Assembly: GCA_002104905.1 (NCBI GenBank)
Contig: MCFE01000066.1
Location: 126,382-190,381, forward strand
DNA: 64,000 nucleotides
From: Basidiobolus meristosporus CBS 931.73
Lineage: Eukaryota; Fungi; Basidiobolomycota
Reading direction: 5' to 3'
A program made the position numbers and the translations under genes. Below the pieces are notes generated by a model, which worked only from the letters and a program-made list of their open reading frames with translations, had not been told where the DNA came from and ran no database searches. Of the stretch, positions 51,190 to 61,713 are shown piece by piece (positions within the stretch are counted from its first letter, which is position 1; each line of letters opens with the position of its first letter).

Positions 51190-53820
51190 TTAGGTGGAGT
51201 TGCCCCATCTTAGCCCAAGCCCATTCATCAAAAAACCCACGAAGGAGCTTTTTGGAGTAGCAGGCTCGGTGCTGGTCGGAGTATTTCCCTTCGTTGCCGA
51301 CACTGGGTTTAGTAAGTCAGCCTTGGGTGACACAATCGGCTCATCTCCTTTGATTATCACGGAGGACATGGATGCGTTGGTCACGGTGGTGGTGGTAGTA
51401 CGTTTAGTATCATTTCCAGTGGAATTGTGAGCCTGGAACGATGGAAGATTCTGACGTTGACTACGTTGACTTCCATATTTCCAAGTTCCGGTTTTGTTTA
51501 TATTCGAATAAAGTTCAGGATTTCTAAGGATGTTTGTCAGAAGGATGTAACAGGAGGTTTCCGTATTTGGAAAAACATTTGATAACCCTAAATACCTTTT
51601 TAAATTTTCCCATAGTTCGGTGATCATCTCTTCAACCACATCAGGCCTTGTCTGCTTCAACTGCTCGAATCCCATGGCTATCATGTTGAGCGGATTTGTT
51701 GCGTCAGGATTCTGCTTCTTCACCTGTGTCATCCCGCTTAATAAGTTGTACAGGTTGATAAACATGCAAATTGCCCTAACCTTTACTACCGTGGGAAGGA
51801 CTACGTAGTTGGTGAGATTCCGGCCAGTCTCCTCCAGCTCAGCAATTCGCCTACTACGATCACCAGTCTCGCCTCCTGGTAGTTGGAAATTCGCTGGCTT
51901 CACAGTTTCGGACCTAAATGGATTTCAATTAAGAAGTCTACGGATCAAGCCAGGCATCAGCAATCATCACATACCAGTCGATGGCGCTAGTGGTGTCAAA
52001 GAATCGTTCTACCTCAGACAGCGAAATAGTAGCTTCGGATATGACTGAGGTCTACATTGAAGTACGAGGAAGTTTAGTCCAACTTGAGCTTTGCGACAGC
52101 ATGATACATAATCATACTCTCGTGCCAGGCCCCAGCTCTTTAACGGTCTTATGGGTCATCCGGATTGTATCAAAGTCCCAAGACATATAATAATTCTCTT
52201 CGGTCTCCAGGGTTCTAGCGTACACGCGCCATATTAGCTCATTTGCGACTTGAGACTGCTCCGCAATACTTACGGTGTGCGCCAGCTTTCTGCGAATGAG
52301 TCGTCTTCATTTTCCATAATTTTCCATTGCTCATATTGCTCAATTAACTCCTGAAGACAAGAGACACCTTTTCGAGAATTATTAATAAATGGGTGCTTGA
52401 GGAGCTCTTTCGCTGAAGGTCTCTGTATCCAAGAAGACCCACGTTAATGTCAGTCATGGAAAAAAGGTGATTGACCGAACAATACTTCGCTAGGGTTTTT
52501 GGTGAGACATAAAGACACGAAATCCTTAAACTCCGAGGAGAAATTGCCCTCCAAAACTGGTGGCTTGTTTTTCGGGATCATAAAGAGCACCCGCATTGGA
52601 TGATGATCTGCAAACGGCGGCTGCCCTTGAGCCATCTCTATTGCAGTAATACCCAATGACCAGATATCAGCCTAATAGGAGATGAGATATTAAGTGGGCG
52701 GCATGTCAGTGCTATGGAACATCGCTTCCTACTTGCCTTTGAATCATAGCCAGTTTGCTGAATGACCTCTGGTGCCATCCAGAACTATTGTAGAGTCAGT
52801 AAGTAATCACGCACTAATAGGATTTCTCGATTTCGTATGTGTACCGGAGTCCCTACAAAGGTTCGACGCTGACTCTTCTGATGCGCTAATTGCGCTGCTA
52901 CTCCGAAATCAGCTGTAGTCCAACAGCTTAGAGAATCGCATTCATATCATGCCACGAAGAATGTATCACTAACCCAATTTCACATTTCCGGATTCCGAGA
53001 GTAAGATATTAGCACCTACAAACAAGGTAAGTAACTCATTTTGCACAACAATAGTTATCAAAGGTCATACATTTGATATCCCGATGGATTTTCCCCTCCG
53101 AATGCAAATAATCCAAACCCATCAGCAATTCACGTACTGTGACAGCAATCAATGGTTCCGGAAACGAGCCTGGTTTGAGCTGAATTACAATTTAGCAATC
53201 GTACATTTTTCCCCTCAGGAAGGCTATCAAGTCTATCCATCGAAGCTCATCATGGGGGGGGGATAGACAAATAAAAGCAGCGTTTACCAAATCTAGGCAC
53301 GAGCCGCCTGACATATACTCCATTACTAAAATTGGATCGTTAGTGTCGATGCAAGTAATGTTGCTATACCCATATGAGTATACCAAATATAGGCTCATTT
53401 ACCAATCCAAAGTTTAAATCCTTTGATGTAAGAGTGGTAATACCGCGTAATGTAGTCTGAATTACATTGCGATAGTAGCGCAATTTCTTGTTGAATGTCG
53501 GTTATATCGTCTTCAGCAGTCTCTAGGTCAATCTTTTTTATTGCCACTAGCTGTTTGGAGTCATTGTGTATTCTAGGAGTTAAAGGGACGAGGGAAGTGA
53601 AGAATTTTAGCGGCAATCTCAGTGTGTAATAGAAGGAGCCTGGTTTTACCCTTTATATACGGTGCCAAAGGAGCCGCTACCCAACTTTTCTAATACTGTA
53701 TATATCTTATCGGGATCAGTCTCAACAGCCTAGTAGACGAAGTAAATATTGAGGTGGTAGCAATGTATAGGCTATACTATCAATGAATAGTTCAGTTTTG
53801 GACTTTACCAAAGTCAGCAT
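51190..53820 (-). CDS. STE20/GCK-family Ser/Thr kinase (MST3/STK24/Sid1-like), multi-exon
   Basis: [48 protein letters not shown] and [13 protein letters not shown]. The start position is approximate. Confidence 0.88.
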
Positions 53821-54684
53821 GAGTATTTTGCTCTTGTGAAGTTCAAAGGGGAAGGGGCAGGTTAACAGCAATTAATCAAAAATGAAGTAGAAGATTTATA
53901 CAAGAGTAGTTATGAAAACAGGATTAAGGACAGAAAGCCAGGCAATGCTGAAGGAGTCGGCGTTTTATCTCTATTCGAAATAGTCGGTAAAATCACCAAT
54001 AGCCCATGGCTTCACATTTAAGACATTAATGCTATGTTCTAGTGAATACCCTTGGGTATCCGCGACTTCCTTAAATGTTATTTACTTGGTTGAACCAAGT
54101 TTAATGGTTAATGTGGATATTTGGAAGTTGGTGTTCGTTCCTAATTAATGATATCCAATCACAATTGCACTGTGTCCATCCTTTTCAATATATGCTTCAG
54201 GAGCATAAATGCCAAGGTAGATTATTAATATGAATGGCGGCGCTTGTTCAGTTGTCCAATTGATTGGCGCAACCTACAAGTTCATGATGACACTGTAGGA
54301 AGCCATTGGCAACAAAATGTGCTTGAACAGCTGTGTTGGATACAACCTGAGCATAAGGAATGGACCATGGAATTTTCATAATGGGTACTTTGTACCTTTC
54401 ATAATCTAATCCTCAACAATCCAACAATTACATACCCTTTCTAATAGAGCACACACCATATCTGCCTTGAATGCAGTGCCTCTGGGCTGGATGTATCAAT
54501 CAGTTCTCAAATAAGTTACTCCTGTTGTGAGAGTTTTGGGGATATTGGATGTGATTGGGAGAACAAGTTATTTATGTGGGTTTTGCTTGTTGATTTATTG
54601 AGTTCAAATGATGTATATACTTCTAGCAGTGCTTTGTTAGAGCTTCTTATTGCAAAACTCTAGAGAGCATTGAAAGTGATATGC

Positions 54685-54849
54685 TTAGGAGAGGGTGAGT
54701 CACCATTGCAGTGAAATCTTTATTTTACCTGGTAGTTACAAAAATCACTAAAGCTAAGAAAATAAGAATCCAGCAAAGAGTTGTTGAATCCCTTAAGTAA
54801 TATAACGGAAACTTTGCTTGTGGGGATACAATGCACTGAATTAAGTATA
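54685..54849 (-). mobile_element. Diverged 3'-end remnant of the LINE family
   Basis: Plus strand TTAGGAGAGGGTGAGTCACCATTGCAGTGAAATCTTTATTT carries the same tail motif as the five other copies. Confidence 0.6.
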
Positions 54850-54850
54850 G

Positions 54851-55819
54851 TTAGGGGGGAGACCGTCACCAACAGGTGAAATCTTTATTTCAGTTGAAAC
54901 AAAGAAGCCAGCGCTACTGTTGTAGCTTTGATACCAGAGTGTGTAGCTGAGGGGAATTTGTAGGTAAGTTTACAAGAAGTGATGATAGTTCTCCAGTGCT
55001 CAAGACACTAATCAGGGGGAAGGGGGGTAGCAAGAGGGGCAAGAATGATTTGCAAACAACATTAATGAGGGGAATATGATAAGGATGGATATTCATCATA
55101 AAGGGAGTGTGCTGCTTCAGATATTGCTGCCAAAGGTCTGTCAAGTACTTCAGGTAGGCCAGCTTGGGTTTTTCTAACTGCAGAATATAGTGAGCAAACT
55201 TCTTGACTTCAGGGTCTCCAAGTATAGTTCTCCAGCAGGAGCCAGGTGTAGTGTGGTGTGTTCTCTTCCAGGTCTTGATCAGTGGGTTGTTGCAGTGGTG
55301 AAGTCTGAGATATAATCTGGTTCTAAGGTAGAGTAGTCTGATCCTGTAGGGCATAAACCCAAAAGCACCAAGAATAGCATGTCTGTAGAGGCATTCAGGC
55401 AGATGAGGCACCAGGGATGTAATGCACCAGACTGCAAAATTGTCAAGCTTAGTGCAGTCTCTAGAAGTAAGAGAGAGAAGTGGTAAGCCAAATTCCAGGA
55501 CAGGGAAGACAAACTGCTTGAGTAGAAGGAGGCAGCTGGGAGCTGAAGTTGTAGGAGGAGTAACAGCCAGTAGCTTGTGGAGTGCCTGTCTTGCCAGGAT
55601 AATTCTCTTCTTCAGGTGTGCTCCAGAGTCTAGTCCAGTAGGAAGGAAAGGAAAGCCAAGATATGTAGCAGAAACCTGAGCAGGTAGAGTGGAGTTCTCC
55701 AAGTTGATGGGAGAGCCCAAAGGTACAGTCTTTGCAATGGAAAGCTGGAGATTATTCTTCTGCAGATACTGGTGGATGGTCTGGGAGTCTTGTTGCACAT
55801 TGGAGGAGGATATTCTGAT
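54851..55819 (-). mobile_element. 5'-truncated LINE copy, subfamily A
   Basis: Nearly identical to about 61715-62680. Homology stops inside the RT at (FADD)IRISSS. The ORF ends HTLVSKLQQ* at 54914 and the shared tail follows. Confidence 0.92.
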
Positions 55820-56444
55820 TGTTGTATCCAAGAGAAAGTGTAATAAAACTCTTGAATGGTTTAACTGAACCAAAGGGACAATTAAGTGCAGTATCTTAGA
55901 ATTGTCAGAGAGTGGCGGAAATATTAGCAGAAAGATTCTGATCTAATATTGGTCTTGGATATAGCTGGGTTGGCTATAAAGGCAATGATATTTGTTTGCT
56001 AGGCAGGCTAGGCTTGGTGTTCTTTGGAGTGCTAGATATACTAGGCTTGGATAGAAACTAGAACGGAATTGTTGGATTCTTGGTTTTGCTGAGACAGAAT
56101 CTTAATTTCGTTGAGACACACACTAAACCAAAAGGTTCAGTACACTTTATTTATACTTTTCTTAGGGTTAGGGGAGGGAAAGTCACCAAGTTGGTGAAAT
56201 CTTTATTTGAGTTAAGAACTAATCTAGGTACAAATAAAGAAGCCAATTAAGAGGTCTAGAGCCTCTCTAATAAGTAATCTAATTTATGTTTTGTTTCATC
56301 TCTAATGTTTGTTTCAATAAAGTAAAGCTCATCAGGGGTAAATATAAGATTCAGGGGTTTTGGGGGAAGTACAAATTGTAGATGTTTCTGATCAATATAA
56401 TCCAAGACTGGAACCCAGCCTGGGATTAGGTGTAGTAGGAAAGG

Positions 56445-56965
56445 TGTCATGATCACATGACAACCATGAACACCCATGCCAAGTTTCAGCTTCCCAGCTC
56501 AATTTCTAAGGGATTCCTTCCGGAACCTTCTACCACCTTCCAGAAAGTTCCTGACCATTCCAAACCATTGTTACACAATGGAACATTCCATGGAAGCTTT
56601 CCATTGTATTTTTTATAGTCCAGTACCATATATGGAAATACCAGGTCACATGACTTAGTCACATGATCAGGTGGCCCAATCCATTTCCCCATCCTGTCTC
56701 AGTACCATGTCATCTATGTCATTATCCCCAGCACCATTGCTGTGCCTCACCCCACAACCCCATTAGTATTAGCTAACATCTCTCGGCATCAATATAGCCA
56801 AAAAGTATATATAGTCCTATCCCCCCTTAAGTATTCCTCAGTCTGATAAAGACAGGTCTTGAATAAACAGCCTTGCCTTGAATCCTGTCTTGCCTTGATG
56901 GTCCACACCTAAGTCCTTTCCTGCCGTGCCTAGCTTTTCCTCCTGCCTTGTGTCTATTCATAACA
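56445..56965 (+). mobile_element. Solo LTR (521 bp) with 5-bp TSD AAAGG
   Basis: Ends TGTCATGA...TCATAACA, with AAAGG at 56440-56444 and 56966-56970 and internal TATATA and AATAAA motifs. Confidence 0.88.
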
Positions 56966-59279
56966 AAAGGTGTGTGGACTTGTAAGTAGCTCTGCCACAT
57001 AGATCTTAGATGGTCCTGAGCCAGTAGTCTTGGTTTCTCAGCTTTTTGAAGTTTTGAAGCAAGCTCTGTTACTACAGCAGAGCCAACCAGGGTGTGCCAG
57101 CAAGAAGATTTCAGGGAGGAGTTAGATTGAAGCCATTGTTTGATGGAGGGGTTATGTGATTTCTGAAGTTTGACTAGGAAGGAAGCATGGAGATAGACCA
57201 TTTGGATTTGGTATGGGTAGAAGCCAAAGGCTCCATTAGTTGCATTGATATAGGGAGATACTGGAAGATAAGGTACCAAGGATCTGATACACTGATGGAG
57301 AAATTTATCCAGGCGGTGAAGTTCTCTGGAGGTTAGGGGTATAATGTGGAGACCAAACTCAAGTACCGGCAGTACATACTACTTCAGAAGTATAGGGATC
57401 TTTTGAATTGGAGTGTCTGGAGTGACTACTACCAGAAGCTTTTGAGAGCCTGCTGGGCAAGACGGATCCTATTATTTAGGTGGAGCTTTGAGTCAATCCC
57501 ATGTTGACAAAATGGCAGACCTAGATATATTGCAGTTTGTTGTGGCAGAATGCTAGTGTTCTGTATAGTTGTAGTGCATCCAATTGGGACTGTCTTGGAA
57601 ATTGAGAGTGAGAGGTTGTTGGCAGCCAAGTACTTCTCAATGATGGCAGTGTCTGCTATGGGATTAGGAGTAGCAATCTTGATATCATCCGCATAGAGAG
57701 TTAGTAGTGGATAGGGAGAGTCTGGTGAGGAGCCTTTTGGAAATAAAGGAAAATCATGTAAGAATATCACAAATAGTAAGGGACCTAGTACAGATCCTTG
57801 AACTACTCCATTTGGAACCTCATAAGTCTCTGATGTACAACTTGGATGCAAAATTTTGGCTGAGTTCTCACAAAATAGAGAACGTACAAGAAGGGTCATT
57901 GGTAGTGTAGTAACTGCTAATAGCTTTCTCCAAAGCAGAGCTCTGTCCACAGAGTCAAAGGCTTTAGTAATGTCAAACAGAATGGTTGGCAATGAGAATT
58001 GAAGTGAATGATCATGGCTTAGCACTACAGCCATATCCAAGGAGAGTTTGGGCAAGAAGCCAAACTGAGAAGGATGGAATGGATATAGTTGAGATTGCAA
58101 GGATCTTGCTATTATAAGCTCAAAGATTTTCCGGCAGGTTGGCAGGAGTGAAACTGGCCGGTAAGAACCTGGGAGTGAGTGTTTCCCCTTCCCTTTGTAT
58201 AAGGGTATTACATTTGCCTGTGACCAGGCCTTTGGGGTAGTCAATTGTTGGGCACAGATAGAGTAGAATGGGAGAAGTAAGTGACTCATTTTGGAGTAGC
58301 ACACCCGGAGTAGATTGTAGGTAATCAAGTCATGTCCAGGTGCAGTATTTGCAGGAAGCTTCTTTAAAATTTTCTCCAGAAGCTTTGCTGAAACCAAAAT
58401 TGGAGATGTTGGACTGCTAGATATGTTACCAGTATGGTAGAAAGGAGGAGTGGGATGCACGGTTGAATCAAAGAATATAGGGGCCAGTTTGTCTGGTGAT
58501 GGTATACTCCTTGCTTGGGGTCTCATGGCTTTATATACTCTTGATATGGACCTTGTGGTGGCATTCATATTTACTAAGGGCAAGGTATCCATGATATGAG
58601 CCCATAATCTAGTATGCTCAGTGATCTGTAGTGACTTGGAGTAGGAGATTGCGCTTTCCAGGAGGTTCTGTGTTTTTGGGTTAGGGAAACATAGGTAGCT
58701 GGAATTTAAGGCAGAAATGATGGATTTCCATTTAAGTTGGTTTGCAGATGGCTTTTGGTAGGACTTGGTGGGCAGGGCCAGACAGCCAGTGATTATGATG
58801 AAATGCTGGTAAAATAGCCATAATGCATTTATATCATCACAAATCCATGCAGGTAAGCTGGGAAATGCATATTCTGTAAGCAAGGATAGGTAGTTGGCAA
58901 AGTCCTGTGTCTGTGATACTGAAGCTTTGGCTGGCAGGATTGTAAATGGCTGAAGAAGGGTGCCAATTGGTAGGGTTTTTCTGGCAGAAATGATAATATG
59001 TATTGGCTTGTGATCAGATTTCTCTAGTGAACCACAGCTGATATCCTCTGGAATGCTTGTAACCTGGTGGATGTATTGTAAGGCAGCTGGAGTAGTTGTT
59101 ACCCAGTCAACACAACATTGAGCTTGCTGAGTGTTTACAGTGACCAGATGGTTTTGTCGGAGGAACTTTGTAAAGTGCTCCTCTTGGGTTCTAAGTCTGG
59201 ATGAAATAGTGGTGATATTTTCAGGGTGGGGAATATTTATATCTCCCACTACCATACAAGGGATTGATGAGCTGTTAAT

Positions 59280-60013
59280 AGACTTGTTCCGTTGGATAGT
59301 GCCACATTAAGCCATGAGTGCCAAATGATGCCATAGTGTGCCAGAGAGGTCAAGTGAGCCTATACTTGGCCACACAGTGTGAAACACAGCTCTGCATCTT
59401 CATGTAAAGCAGCCCCTGTGTTTCACGCATTGCGCAGGAGAAAGTCCATTTTTTGACCTTTTTTTGTGGATCAATGTAGCTCAGGATGTGTGAGAGCACA
59501 GGAGAACTGAAGATATGCATCTGGTACTCAATACCCATGGCACTCTGAATCTTGCTCCTGTAGCTTGTATCATGTCACAAAAATGAATGGCACTATCTTG
59601 GTCCACTGGTACTATCTGGCACTATATTTAAATATTAGCCCTAAAGTAAGATCTATACAAAGCACTTATAGTGCCGGATAGTACCAGTGGACCAAGATAG
59701 TGCCATTCATTTTTGTGACATGATACAAGCTACAGGAGCAAGATTCAGAGTGCCATGGGTATTGAGTACCAGATGCATATCTTCAGTTCTCCTGTGCTCT
59801 CACACATCCTGCATAACACTGAACCAAAAAAAAAGGTCAAAAAATGGATTTTCTCCAACACAATGGGTGAAACACAGGGGCTGCTTTGCACAAAGATGCG
59901 GAGCTATGTTTCACACCCTGTGGCCAGGTAGAGGCTCAATTGGCCTCTCTGGCACACTATGGCATCATTTGGCACTCATGGCTCAATGTGGCACTATCCA
60001 ACAGAACAAGTCT
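59280..60013. mobile_element. Foldback MITE (734 bp, about 347-bp inverted arms, 40-bp spacer), AAT TSD, Harbinger-superfamily
   Basis: Arms 59280-59626 and 59667-60013 are reverse complements. AAT occurs at 59277-59279 and 60014-60016. The terminus matches the element end at 2286-2311. Confidence 0.95.
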
Positions 60014-60604
60014 AATGAATTCTGATGTGGCCAAGAAAATTGCCAGTGTTATGGAGTTAGACAGAGATGGAGGGAGATAGATAATAATGGCTACTATAGT
60101 TGGAAGTGTTAGAGCATAGCAGTAATACTCATAGATGATGGATACATTTGCTGAGGGTGCAAGCTTAGAAGATGAAAGAGCAACAAGTGCCATTGAGTGA
60201 GCTGGAAATCTTGGGTGAGCAGATGAATATGCATTCAGTCTAGAGGGAAGTTTTGGCAACTTAACATCAATTAGTAGGAGCAAGGAATATTCCTTTTTCA
60301 GTAAGTTTTCTAATTCAGCTACAGTTGGAGTGATGGAGTTGCAATTGAGTAAGAGTATGTTTTGTAGTCAGGCAGACTCTGAGGTTGCCTGTTCCTGCTG
60401 AAACTCTTGCACTGCCCTTTGTAAATTTCCAGAATTATTCCACAACTCTTCAAATGGAGCTTGTGTAATGTCTTTCAGGATTCTAATTGCTTCCTCTTTC
60501 AAGAAGTAGGCCACATCATAGGTTGGAGCCTGTTTCTTAATGGCAGCAAAGAAAGCCATAATTGCCATGTGAGCTGGGGGCTTGTTGAATATTCCTGGCT
60601 CAGT

Positions 60605-61530
60605 GGGTTAGGGGGAGGGAAAGTCACCAAGGTAGGTGAAATCTTTATTTGAATGCAGACAAGTCTAACTACAAATAAAGAAGCCAGCTGGGAATAGAAG
60701 ATTCCCAAAGTAAACACTAAGTTGAATATGAATAAATCTAAGCTAAAGTTAAGGCAGTATCCCAGAGTACACTGGAGTTCAGGCTCATGGGGGAGTGAAG
60801 TAGATAAGCTTGAGAGATATAATAATCTTTCAAGAAGTGGGTAACAGCAGGTGAAGGGGAGTTTTTGATAAGTGAAGTGAATCTTGAGAGCAGAGATTCC
60901 TCTAATGAGAAGGTCTTGTAAACTGGAGAATCAGGAAACTCTTTAAAGGCATGGTCAGTAGGTTCCCAGTAAAACTGGTCAGAGACATTTTGAGAGAACT
61001 CTTTAGCAATACTTATGTCAAGTACTACTTCCAGAGTGTAATTGTTGATAAATCTTATGTTAACAATCTTGGATAAATTGTAACCTTGTTGCTTGAGATA
61101 CATCCTATGTTCAGATATAGGAATAAACTCCACATTGGCAAAGTAGCAGACAGCCCAGTCAGTAGCAGGAGGCAAATCAGAAGTAGCAGGAAACTTTCTT
61201 TTAGTCTTGGGAGGAGCAGCAGGATGTCTTGAGGAAGCAGGAACAGGCTTTTTGACAGCTTCAGAGTAGGAAGAGTGAGCAGGAGCAGATGATTCTTGGG
61301 GAGTCTTGTTGACAGGAACAGCTGGCAGAGAGACAATAGATTCTTGCAGATCAGAGAAGGCAGAAAACAGCTTTTGAACTTGTTTCTTGAGTAAAGCATT
61401 TTCAGCTTCAACAAGTGCAAGCCTTTCCTCAAGGAAGGAAATCTGAAGGGAATGAAGTGAAGGCATAAGAAATAAGAAGAAGAGGGTAAGATGGGGTGGG
61501 TGGGTGGGAAAATTAGCAGGGAGAAGAGAA
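60605..61530 (-). mobile_element. ORF1-only non-LTR element with the shared LINE 3' tail (HAL1/HeT-A-like organisation)
   Basis: About 65-nt C/T-rich leader, one intact ORF, about 130-nt 3' UTR, then a B-like tail AATAAAGATTTCACC...GGTGAC...CCCCCTAACCC. No APE or RT sequence lies between the ORF and the tail. Confidence 0.75.
60738..61466 (-). CDS. LINE ORF1-like protein (242 aa)
   Basis: ATG at 61466. N-terminal coiled coil (LEERLALVEAENALLKKQV), a SYSEAVKK motif, a basic Pro-rich linker, an RRM-like segment, and a C-terminal F..LIKNSPSPAVTHFLK that aligns with F.AIKKQAPTYDVAYFLK in the B-copy ORF1 remnant. Confidence 0.7.
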   Translation of the reverse strand: MPSLHSLQISFLEERLALVEAENALLKKQVQKLFSAFSDLQESIVSLPAVPVNKTPQESSAPAHSSYSEAVKKPVPASSRHPAAPPKTKRKFPATSDLPPATDWAVCYFANVEFIPISEHRMYLKQQGYNLSKIVNIRFINNYTLEVVLDISIAKEFSQNVSDQFYWEPTDHAFKEFPDSPVYKTFSLEESLLSRFTSLIKNSPSPAVTHFLKDYYISQAYLLHSPMSLNSSVLWDTALTLA

Positions 61531-61713
61531 GGGTTAGGGGGGAGACAGTCACCAACAGGTGAAATCTTTATTTCAGTTGAAACAAAGAAGCCAGCACTAC
61601 TGTTGTAGCTTTGATACAAGAGTGTGTAGCTGAGGGGAATTTGTAGGTAAGTTAATAAGAAGTGATGATAGTTCTTCAGTGCTCAAGACACTGTTGAGTG
61701 GGAAGGGGGGTAG
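61531..61713 (-). mobile_element. Very short 5'-truncated LINE copy, subfamily A (about 180 bp)
   Basis: Direct repeat of about 61715-61895. It ends at the internal GGAAGGGGGGTAG, which merges into the next tail. Confidence 0.92.

Larger units (their letters stand above)
56162..60604 (-). mobile_element. LINE copy, subfamily B: ORF1 C-terminus, APE endonuclease, RT; interrupted by a MITE and a solo LTR
   Basis: APE motifs LNCNS, IIIYLPP, VGDIN, VDW and SDH. RT motifs APGHDLI, SYRPVSLLP, FDITKAFDSV, GVVQGSVLGP and YADDI. Removing both insertions restores the frame (SEF-INSS; HTPF-LLHL). A frameshift and stop occur near 57300-57430. Confidence 0.92.

Noticed and set aside
54190-54680. Possible degenerate gene between the kinase and the LINE array
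   Set aside because: No frame gave a sustained recognisable protein. Only the CpG depletion is noted.
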